Origin: Octopus bimaculoides
Lineage: Eukaryota
Assembly: GCF_001194135.2 (NCBI RefSeq)
Contig: NC_068998.1
Span: forward strand, 51,533,809-51,597,808
Length of the DNA stretch: 64,000 nucleotides
Reading direction: 5' to 3'
In this document: positions 36,741 through 47,572 of the stretch, one piece after another
How positions within the stretch are numbered: the first letter of the stretch is position 1
Layout of the letters: the number at the start of each line of letters is the position of its first letter
Program-made: the position numbers and the translations under genes
The notes under the pieces: generated by a model
Databases searched by the model: none
The model's input: the letters and a program-made list of their open reading frames with translations, nothing else
Told to the model about the DNA's origin: nothing

Positions 36741-37349
36741 GACATGATGGGCTTCTATCAGTTTCCTTCTACCAAATCCATTCACAAGGTTTTGGCTGGT
36801 TCAGCTATCTAGTAGAAGATACTTGCCCCCAGGTGCCACACGGTGGGACCACAACCAAAAACTATGTGACTATGAAATAATCTTCTCAGCTACAACAGCT
36901 GTGCATTGCTTTGTTTTGTTTTGTCGTTAATCTGTGATACTTTGTCACTTTCATTTTTTGAGATCTTTCTGAAGTACTTAATACTTGCGGTGAAGTACAT
37001 TCAAAGAGCATGCGAACTCTTGTGTTTATAGAAGCGATTGAGTTGTGTCTAGCAGCCTCTGTTGCTCACCCACCACCCTCACAGAATGACTGACATGGAT
37101 ACACAGAGTGGTAACCTGGAATGTGAAAGTCATTTTACATTCTTGGGAGTGACAAACTGAAAACATCCAAACACTATAAGCCTGACATGGTTGTTGATAA
37201 TCATTTTGGATCTTCTTTGTATTGCATTTAACTCTGTGTGTATGTGTGTGTGTAGATATATGTGTGTGTGTAGAAATATGTGTATGGGTGTCTAGAAATG
37301 TGTGTGATGTGTATATATGTGTGTGTGGTGACAAAAGTGCTTATTTTTA

Positions 37350-37800
37350 ATTACATACTGGCACCTTGTTCAAGAGCACCCATGTCAGCACCATGTACAA
37401 GAGCACCCATGTCAGCACTACGTACAGGAGCACCTGTGCCAGTGCCATGTATAAAGGCACTCGGGGGTTAGTATCACATAAAAAGCACCCAGCACATTCA
37501 GTGAAGTGGTTGGTGTTAGGAAGGGCATCCAGCCATAGAAAACCATGCCAAAAACAGACTACTGGAGCCTGTGGCTGTCTTCCAGCCTGGCCAGCTCCTG
37601 TCAAACCATCCAACTCATGCCAGCATCATCATCATCATTTAACGTCCATTTTCCATGCTGGCATGGGTTGGATGGTTTGACAGGAGCTGGCGAGGCTGGA
37701 GGGCTACACCAAACTCCACTTTCTGTTTTGTCATGGTTTTTACAGCTGGATGCCCTTCCTAATGTGAACCACTTTACAAAGTGTACTGGGTGCTTTTTTT
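37350..37800. mobile_element. Two RTE 3'-end repeats (family C) joined tail-to-tail
   Basis: Plus copy ends at 37626; the minus copy runs 37627-37800. The plus copy has a 27-bp tandem repeat gcaccatgtacaagagcacccatgtca at its 5' end. Confidence 0.85.
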
Positions 37801-38169
37801 GACATGGTAACAGCACTGGTGAGGTCTGCCTTGACATGTTTGTTACAATTGGATGCCCTTCCAGATGCCAACATTAAGTGATGATGATGATGATGATGAT
37901 GATGATGACAATGATGATGGTGATTGCAAAACAATCTGTAAATTTTATAACTTTCATATTGTAACCTTTATTTTCAGTTATTTTATGTTTATCTGTTTAT
38001 TCAAATGGTTGTGAATCTAAGTTTATTGATATTGCTCAAATATTTCTCAAGGTTATTTCTTGGGTTTCAAACACTGATTAGAATGTTCATTCTTCATATC
38101 TTCCTGGAGATTTGAGTGCAAATTTGCTAATCTTTGTTGCAAACATTACATTGTTCAACTGATGCTTGT

Positions 38170-38562
38170 TTTATCAACTCCTGAAAAGATGAAAGGCAAA
38201 GATGACCCTGCCAACATTTGAACTCAGAACTTGGAGTTGGAAGAAACGCTGCTAAGCATTTTTTCTGACACGGTAATGATTCTGCCAGCTCACCGCCTAA
38301 GCATTAATAATAATAATAATAATAGTCATCCTTTTTATTATAGGCACAAAGCCTGATATTTGGTGGGAAGGGACTAGTTGATTATATTGATCCTAGTACT
38401 CAACTGGTACTTAATTTATCGACCCTGAAAGGATGAAATGCAAATTCGACCTCAGCGGAATTTGAACCCAGAATGTGAGGACGGAAGAAATACTGCAAAG
38501 CATTTTGCCCTGCGTGCTAACGATTCTGCCAGCTCACTGCCTTCAACAACAACAACAACAAC

Positions 38563-38610
<48 letters not shown>
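38170..38610 (-). mobile_element. Two tandem SINE family B copies with (AAT)n tracts
   Basis: aaagatgaaaggcaaagatgacc and aaaggatgaaatgcaaattcgacctc blocks, each followed by gattctgccagctcac. Confidence 0.85.
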
Positions 38611-38620
<10 letters not shown>

Positions 38621-38784
38621 TTACTGAATGTGAAAAGGTTATTTGCACTCATTGGAAGAAATGTTGGTATGTGAAGTAATTATGCACATGAAATTTTATA
38701 TTTTAGAAGGAACAAAAGAGAATAGCTAAGCTAATTAATCAGTCTGCTAATGAACCGATTATAATTTTTTTTTTTTTTTTCTGT

Positions 38785-39460
38785 TGATTAGCTACAAGTC
38801 AGGCCTGATAGAGTAGATTTACGATGAAAGGTATTCTGATTATGACCATCCTGTGGGACAGTTCCTCTATGCAGACGAAACCAGGATATCATTGTCAAAT
38901 ATGTCCTGTCATTTTCTAAGAGAGTGAGGTATGAGTTGAGGAAGATTCAACTGCTGTTTCTAGCAGCTTGATTGACCACGTAGAGGCTACCTTATTGTTG
39001 TGTTGTTGTCCCAATTGTCATGTTAGTTGTTATTATTGTTTAGCCTCTGGTCAACATTGAGTGAACAATCCTATGATCCTAAGCATTCCAACCATGGCCA
39101 TTTCACCTCTATCCAGTCATGCATGCCAGACTACATTTGTGAATGTATCCTTTTTAAGACAGTAGACTGTGATTTGAGTGTGATTCAGCTGCTATTTCTA
39201 ACAGCTTGAATGACTGCCCAGAGGCTCCTTCAGAGCTGTCATACTCATACTTGTCACAACAGTGGTTGTTGTTGTATAGCCAACCCTTAATAAGCAGTCC
39301 TATGATCTTACTCATTCCAACCACGACGGTCTCACCTTTATTCAGTCACTGTATATACCAGACTACATCATCCCATGTGTCCTGATTAGGACAATAGGCA
39401 ATGATTTGAGGAAAATTACGTTGCTATTTCTCTCTGGCCACACACTGGAAGCTTCACCTC
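38785..39460 (-). mobile_element. Three consecutive degenerate family D copies
   Basis: tatgat...ttcc/tctg..atgacc...gattt(g/c)..ctgct(a/g)tttct blocks recur three times (38785-39000, 39020-39235, 39262-39460). Confidence 0.6.
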
Positions 39461-39665
39461 TCGTTGCTTAGTGGTTCTGATATTGCTTTCATCATCATTG
39501 CCCTTGGTGTACTCAGTGACTGAAATGATAACCTGATTGTTTATTTAGTATTACTAAAATAAACGAAGTAATATGAATGAGAGTAAACAGATTAGGCTGA
39601 CAATTAGTGACAGCAACTGATATTAATCTCGTTAATGAAATGCCATGATGAGGATGCTGTTTAGC

Positions 39666-39708
<43 letters not shown>

Positions 39709-39714
39709 CCCACT

Positions 39715-40085
39715 TATGTGTACCTTTCCTTCATTGGACACAAAACTCTGCTTGTGAAGACCTGTTGAGGCAAGTGATATCGAAATCGAACCAAATTCCA
39801 CGACTGGCATCCATGCCAACCTCTCCTTCATTGGACACTAAATGAACCAAATTCGATGGCTGGCACCTGTGCAGGTGGCACTTAAAAAACACCATGATTG
39901 GCTCTTGTGCCGGTGGCACGTAAAAGCTCCACTACACTCTCAGAGTGGTTGGCGTTAGGAAGGGTATCCAGCTGTAGAAACTTTGCCAGATCAGATTGGA
40001 GCCTGGTGCAGCCATCTGGTTCGCCAGTCCGCAGTCAAATCGTCCAACCCATGGAAGGTGGACGTTAAACGATGATGATGATGAT
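39715..40085 (+). mobile_element. Longer RTE 3' UTR copy (family C) between (TA)n tracts
   Basis: Ends ggacgttaaacgatgatga; extends the family 5' with ccttcattggacac and gaaccaaattc, both duplicated locally. Confidence 0.8.
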
Positions 40086-41064
40086 ATATATATGTATATA
40101 TATATATATATATATATAGGTGCTAAAACTATGATTCTGAAAAAAATGATCTCTGAAATGTTTGAAGTGTTTTATCTCTGAAATATCCTGAAATATCTGA
40201 AAGATAAGGTAAGTAACCCTGTTTGACACCGACCGTGGTAAACCGCATACTATACTAGCATCCAATTATTTATATAGCTTTAGCTACTTTGACTTCAACC
40301 ATTAAAGGCAATTTATTTCGCGTCTCTCAAAGTTTCTAGTTCTTTTAATATAAACAGTATACATCTATTTGTCAGTCGGTTGCTTTGTTGGCCTGTCAAT
40401 TTGTGTATGGGTGATTTATTCCCCGCCCCAGGAAAACTGTTGCACAATAATTAGATTATTCAATGACTTATAAAACAGCTTTGTATGTTACTACTTTTAC
40501 TGCTATTAAAGAATTCTAGTGAGACAGAATCAGAATCCTAGAATCCTATATTCTTGAAGAATTATTAGAAGTGACTTACCAGAAGATATATATGTGTGGC
40601 ACTACTGACCTCTAGGATTTAGAAAATGATCTACTTTTTGCAATATAAATAGCTGTATCCTAAATTGTAGTCATAGTTGTGGAGGTGGAAGCTGTTAGCT
40701 GTCAGCCATAATGTCACTATTACTGTTTTATCATGACTAGGTTTGTTGTCAGAAAGTTTCGTCCTAGTTTGTTTTTTTAAAACATTATAATATTGTTTCA
40801 GGAAGGTTTGGCTGCTATTTCTAGTAGGTTGAGAGACCACTTAAAGGTCTCTTGTGTGCTGTTCTCATGGCGACAAACAATTGCAACTTCCAGTGTATTC
40901 ATCATTTAAAGATTCGATTAGCTAAATTTACATAATTTTAAAAGTTAGTAAATTTTTTATCATTAATTTCTTGAAAATAAGTTAATGCAATTTTTTGCCC
41001 TCATCATACAAAACTACATCGGAACTATGTGTTTTGTTAAAAAATGGTGGAAGGAACTTAACAA

Positions 41065-41425
41065 GGCGCAGGAGTGGCTGTGTGGTAAGTAGCTTGCTTA
41101 CCAACCATATGGTTCCAGGTTCAGTCCCACTGTGTGACCCCTTGGGCGAGTGTCTTCTACTATAGCCTCATGCCAACCAAAGCCTTGTGAGTGGATTTTG
41201 TAGATGGAAACTGAAAGAAGCCCATCATATATATATATATATATGTGTGTGTATGTGTGTGTGTGTTTACGTTGCCATAACTTACTGGTTTGGCAAAAGA
41301 CACCAATAGAATAAGAACCAGGTTTAACAAAAAAACATTAAATACTGGCATCAATTTGTTTGACTAACAATTCTTCAAGGTGGTGTTCCAGCATGGCCAT
41401 AATCTAATGACTGAACAAGTGGATG
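41065..41425 (+). mobile_element. Full-length SINE family A
   Basis: ggcgcaggagtggctgtgtggtaagtagcttgc head, CORE-like block, TA/TG linker and 3' module. Confidence 0.9.
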
Positions 41426-42182
41426 ATAAAAAATAACACACTTCATTTCACATTGCTCCTGCCAACTCACCTGCAAAACTTGAAACTGGCCTTATGAAAT
41501 GCTATAATTTCTTCATAGTCACATAACTTACTAGAAATAGCAGCCAAGTTTCCTACTAAAAGAAAAAAATGGAAGGACACCTTGACTACATACAGAAAAA
41601 GATACACAAAAAGATGTGAGAATGCCTTAGATCATTTGTCTGTTTGCTTAATTAACACTAATTAATCTGAGGCAAAAAAAAAAAAATTAAAAATACAGAT
41701 CATTTAGTTTTTAATATATCAGACCTGTTCCCTCTAGGATTTGAACCTACAATATAAAGGGATGTTAATTCATACCACAAAACACTTTGTCTAGCGTTCA
41801 GTAGGATTAATTCAATTAACTGCATACATTTCTAGACCAGAATTTACTTTTAGATTTGGTATACAGACCAGAATTCAATGTTTGGTAATTATTAAAAAAA
41901 AAAAAAATCAATATTATTTTACATCATTTCATTTATTATTTACATAAAATAAAAAAAAATGGAAAAAAGTAATGGAAATGAAGAATAAAAGAAATAAGGC
42001 AATACTTAGCGAAATGGAATTGTTTTCTTTGTTAATTTTGCATGATCATCATTACTACCATCATAACCATTATTCATCCTTAGTTTGGCATCAATACCAG
42101 CATGAGTATATGTATATATGTGTGTGTATGTGTGTCTGTGTGTGTGTATATATATATATGTGTGTGTGGGTGTATCTGTCTG

Positions 42183-42222
<40 letters not shown>

Positions 42223-42957
42223 TATATCCTGGGAATAATTACCACAAATAGATATGTATTTGATAGATACTTTTTATGTTGTTTCTATTTAATTCATTTT
42301 CCATGTTATTTTTCTGTATTTTCTGTGCAGTTTCTCTCTAATTAACATTATATAATGCTAATTTCAATTATTGATGAAGTTCTTGTTAATGTCATTGGTG
42401 TTGCTGGTCATGAGGGGCTGGTTATATGCACACGAGTGTGCTACTGAAACATTTTAAACGTTTCCTACGAGCAGAAGAAGCATGGATGTGTAGTGAAAAA
42501 GTGAGTCAGCGCCACAAACAAACATTCGTGTGTCTCAGGTTCGATCTCACGACATACAGAGGAAGTGTCTTCAACCATTGCCTTGGGGCAATCGGTGCCT
42601 TCATCATTATCATCAGCGTCATCATCATTTAATGTCCGTTTTCCATGCTCACATAAGCTTGACCAGGGCTGGTAAACCGGAGAGCTGCACCAGGCACTGG
42701 TCTGTTTCAGCTTGGATTTTATGGCTGGATGCCCTTCCTAATGCCAACCCTTCCCCAGAGTGTACTGGGTATCTCTCACATGTCATTGACACGGGTTCCT
42801 CTAATGTGTCACTGGCATGGGTGTGTATAAAATTTGGTGGAGGCAAAAATCATTAGGGGGCCTTATGGAATCGGCCATTTGCATTGATTCTGAGCTGTTA
42901 GATCATCACAGACCCCAAAACATCTCACTGCCGTTCCTGACATGTCCATGTGTCCTT

Positions 42958-43480
42958 TCTTTCACTCATTTACTCGTTTCAGTCATTCAATTGCGGCCAT
43001 GCTGGAGCACCACCTTTAGTCAAACAAATTGACCCCACGACTTATTCTTTGTATACCTAGTACTTATTCTATCGGTCTCACTAAGCTATGGGGACATAAA
43101 CACACCAACATCGGTTGTCAAATGAAGGGGTGGGGGCAAAACACAGACACAAAGACAGACACACATAAATATGGCAAGGTTTCTACAGCTGGATGTTCTT
43201 CCTAGAAACCTTGCCAAATCAGATTGGAACCTGGTGCAGTCTCCTGGCTTGCCGGTCCTCAGCCAAACTGTCCAACCCATGCCAGCATGGAAAGTGGACG
43301 TTGAACGATGATGATGATGATGATACAATGGTCTTCTTTCAGTTTCCGTCTACCAATTCCACTCACAAAGCTTTGGTCAGCCTGAGGTTATAGAAGAAGA
43401 TACTTGCCCAAGGTGTCACACAGTGGGACTGAACCCAGAACCATGTGGTTGAGAAGCAAGCTTCTTTACCACACAGCCTA
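42958..43480 (-). mobile_element. SINE family A interrupted by an RTE 3' end (43173-43323, +)
   Basis: 3' half at 42958-43170 and 5' half at 43325-43480, with the family C tail between them. Confidence 0.8.
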
Positions 43481-45674
43481 TGCATCTCTATTTATTTCCT
43501 GTCATCCTGTGTACTTTTATGCATCTCCTTATGGCTATCATTGCCGTATTCTTTTACTTACTGCTGTTTTCTTCCCCTTCTTTTATTCATTTCCATGTTG
43601 GAACCAAATACAAGTATTTTCAATACATAAGCAGTAAATGAATGAAAGAAGATGTGTGTATGTGTGTGTGTGTGTCTGTTATGTGTGTGTGTGTACGTGT
43701 GTGTCTGTTATGTGTATAAATACATGAGTGCAGGTGCATGTATACATCTATAAACACATGTGTATACATGTATGTTCTATGTATTAATATGTATACATAT
43801 TTGAGTGTGTGTGTGTATATATGTGTGTGTGTCTATTATGTGTATAACTACGTGAGTGTGTGCATGTATACATCTATAAATAAACATGTGTATATGCCTA
43901 TATTCTACGTATTAATATGTATACATATTTGAGAGTGTGTGTGTGCGTTATCCATAAACATAAATTTTTATCTAAAATATTCTAAAATTTATAAACCGCA
44001 TGGTATCAAACTCTGAAAGAATATTTATTTCTAAAATTCTTAAATGCTTAACTATTATGCCTATTTGGTGTCGTGTTATTCCAATCCAACAGTAAACCTT
44101 TCTTGTTCAATAAAAGCTCTTAAGAACTCCTGTAATGCTCTTGCAGTTTGCATTTACCATTTTACTAAAGTAGAACTTCACAAGAATTCTCTGGCTTTCC
44201 ATCTCTTATAATGTATTGACTAATTCTTCAATAGCGTATTGTTGCATAATGATATTGACTCCCTCTCTCCCTCCTGGTCTCACTCAATAAATCCCTTTCT
44301 TTCTCTCTCTTTTGTCTTTTACTTCTTTTGTCTTTTACTTATTCCAGTCATTTAGACTGTGGCCATGCTGGGGCACCGCTTTGAAGATTTTTAGTCAAAT
44401 GCATCAACCCCAGTACTTTTCTTTGTTTTTAAGTCTTGTACTTATTCCGTTGGTCTCATTTGCCAAACTGCTAAGTTACAGGGATATAACCACACCAACA
44501 CCGGCTATCAGGTGGTGGTGGATCAACATCAATGGCTGAGGATTAGCATCACGTTTTGAAACTTAAAGTACCAATGAATTTGAATCAAAATTTTTTGATC
44601 CATGTGTCGGTTGTCAAGTGATGGTAGAGGAGACAATCACAGACACATACATGTGTGTGTGTGTGTGTGTGTGTATACAACGGGCTTCTTTGAGTTTCCA
44701 TCTACCAAATCTACTCACAAGGCTTTAGTCGGCCTGAGGCTATAGTAGAAGACACCCAAGATACCACACAGTGAGACTGAACCCAGAGCTATGTGGTTGG
44801 TAAGCAAGCCACTTATCACATAACCACGTTTGTGCCTATAGTTTAATTAGTTTTATATAATGTGTAAATAAATATATCAACCAACCTAACCCATTTCATG
44901 ACATGCTAAACAACATTGCCATTTGTTTAGACACACCCACTTGCCTATGACTTTCTTGGCTGATAAGCTTTTAAAGCCATCTCTCTTCTATTTTTATATC
45001 ATTCCTTATGTAACATATACTATTAAACATTGTTTATGAATTTTCTAGAAAAACTTTGTAAAGAAATCCTTTCAATTTTTTTTACAACTATGTCTTTCTC
45101 TGAAAATTAAAAAAAATTATTTAACTTAATTTATTTTATTTATATTTATTTTTATTTTTATTTTTGCTTTGGTTTTTAAAATTTAGTTTATTAATTAGTA
45201 AATACTTTGAAGAGTATCTTATCTGTGGTTGTTTAGCACCAGATCACCCTTCATTGAACAGATCCATGTTGAAATGCATTCCAGTAATGGCCATCATGCC
45301 TAGATATAGGGAATATCAAGGATTACACTGTGTTTGTGATACACATTGCCTCTTCCTTAATATATATTTTACTCTCACACTTCATGTCCGGTAAGTTCAC
45401 CGTCATCGATTCACCGCAGGGAAAGTTCACTGTCATCATTTCACTGCTTCACCGTCATCAATTCTCTGTTGCTTTTTTTTTCAACAAAATAGTTTTCAAT
45501 TATTAATGGTGAGATACTATGGATATATTTTCTCGGTAAACTTTCTTCTGTACTGAGGGACTGGGGGCTGATGTAATCAGTCCCCAGTACTCAACTGGTA
45601 CTTATTTCATTGACACTGGAATGATGAAAGGCAAAGTTGACCTTAGCGTAATTTGAACTCAGAACATAAACATG

Positions 45675-46074
45675 GGCACAGGAGTGGCTGTGTGGTAAGT
45701 AGCTTGCTTACCAACCACATGGTTCCGGGTTCAGTCCCATTGCATGGCACCTTGGGCAAGTGTCTTCTGCTATAGCCTCGGACTGACCAAAGCCTTGTGA
45801 GTGGATTTGGTAGACGGAAACTGAAAGAAGCCTGTCCTATATATGTATATGTGTGTATGTGTTTGTGTGTCTGTGTTTGTCCCCCCAACATCGCTTGACA
45901 ACCGATTGTGGTGTGTTTATGTCCACGTAACTTAGCAGTTCGGCAAAATAGACCGATAGAATAAGTACTAGGCTTACAAAAAATAAGTCCTGGGGTTGAT
46001 TTGTTCGACTAAAGGTAGTGCTCCAGCATGGCCACAGTCAAATGACTGAAACAAGTAAAAGAGTAAAAGAGTAA
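45675..46074 (+). mobile_element. Full-length young SINE family A nested in a minus-strand family B SINE
   Basis: The head-to-tail structure is complete, with a gtaaaaga tail. Left flank atttgaactcagaacataaac and right flank tggacaaaatgctaagc rejoin into family B. The gcaccttgggcaagtgtctt block resembles the CORE domain, so this may be an octopus OR-type CORE-SINE (tentative). Confidence 0.9.
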
Positions 46075-46312
46075 TGGACAAAATGCTAAGCGTGTTAGCA
46101 ATCCTGACTGTTCAACACTTTTCATGTAAATGTAAATATTGTTTTATCTTTAAAGATGTGTTTAATAATTTGGAAACTAATAATCTGCCTTGTTGTTTCT
46201 GCTTGATTCTTAGTTACCAAGTTGTTCAAAACGGTTTTTTGTATTTTCTAATATCTATTTTAAAGGAATACAATATATTTCAATGAATCAATGTATATTG
46301 TAAATAATAATA

Positions 46313-46356
<44 letters not shown>

Positions 46357-46734
46357 AATGGTGGATAACTAAAAGTATTCTTCAGAATTCTTGTAAATTA
46401 ATATTGTTGTTCTTAGTTTTTATAAATATTTACTTTGCATTATTGGTTTCTTATTTCTAACATTTCATTCTCATAAATAAATTTAATAAACAATCTTTAA
46501 AAATATATTAGCATTTTAAGAATCCTTGAAATATTTATTTTTGATTGGTTGCTAAGAATTTCATAAGGAAAACCACTTCAACTGACAATGTCTTAACCTT
46601 CAGAAATATATTTATGGTTTAATACAGAATTAATTTTTTTTTTTTTTTTTTTTTGTGTGTGTTGGAGGAAACACCAGCTTAACTTCAGCTGTAAGCATCT
46701 GTTTCTAAGTTCGGCTTAATTAAAGATAGTTTAA

Positions 46735-46880
46735 CCCCTTTATTATCATATTTCAAAAATGAAACACATTGCTTTTGTTTCAATTAATTTTAAAAATAAT
46801 AATTTAGTAAAATAACCTCATTTTTAAGCCGGTGTTTGAAACATGAAACAAAATGAAATTTTCATTGAACTACATGGCTT
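46735..46880 (+). mobile_element. Truncated piggyBac-type MITE related to the 6078/6328 family
   Basis: TTAA then cccctttattatcatattt...ttcaattaattttaaa...atttagtaaaataac. Confidence 0.6.
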
Positions 46881-47020
46881 TTGTTTGAATTAATAAATAA
46901 TACTACAATATAATAACTTTGTCATTAAACTTGTTACATAAATTTCCATTAACTTTTCTTGGTAATTTATATATCGCCCTTTCTCCACCCACCCCCTCTC
47001 TTCCTAGTACATGTGAACTA

Positions 47021-47070
47021 AACATTCCTGATGAGCTGGCAATGACCAGGAGAAACTAGTTGAGTTGTTC
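47021..47070 (+). ncRNA. Type I minimal hammerhead ribozyme-like motif, probably decayed
   Basis: CTGATGA (47028-34), stem II CTGG/CCAG, GAAA (47052-55), palindromic ACTAGT stem III, GTT triplet, stem I ATTC/GAGT then AAC/GTT. The G10.1-C11.1 closing pair is replaced by G..GA. Confidence 0.5.
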
Positions 47071-47459
47071 TTCAATCTGTTCTGCAGAGAGAGTTCCTGT
47101 CTTTTAACACTGGGTCTGTTTGTATGTTTAGCAATTGCATACACAGAAATTTATTCATAATTTATTCATACTATACATAAATTTCCGCTTCTCTTAATTC
47201 GTTCTTCCCATATTTAACATTTCATTCCCATAAACTAACTTAATATAGAAGCTTTAAAAATATTTCATTAGATTTTTCAAGAATCCTTGAAATGTTTTTT
47301 TTTTTTTTGCCTTGTTGCTGTGGAATTCATTTAAAAATCCACTTTATTTTTCTGTTTTGACCCTCATAAATATTTCCATGATTATTAGCAAATTGAAGTG
47401 TTTCTGTTGTAGAAGACTCCAGCTTAGCTTCAGCTACAAGCACCTGCTCTGGCTTGCAT

Positions 47460-47511
<52 letters not shown>

Positions 47512-47572
47512 CCACCACCACCACCACCACCATCATCATCATGATCATCATCCTCATCATCATCATCATTTA
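47460..47572. repeat. (CAT)n/(CAC)n microsatellite
   Basis: Direct reading. Confidence 0.95.

Noticed and set aside
40120-40214. Candidate exon ending at AAG|gtaagt with repeated ctgaaa words
   Set aside because: Stops occur in all three frames and the acceptor is only a TA microsatellite.
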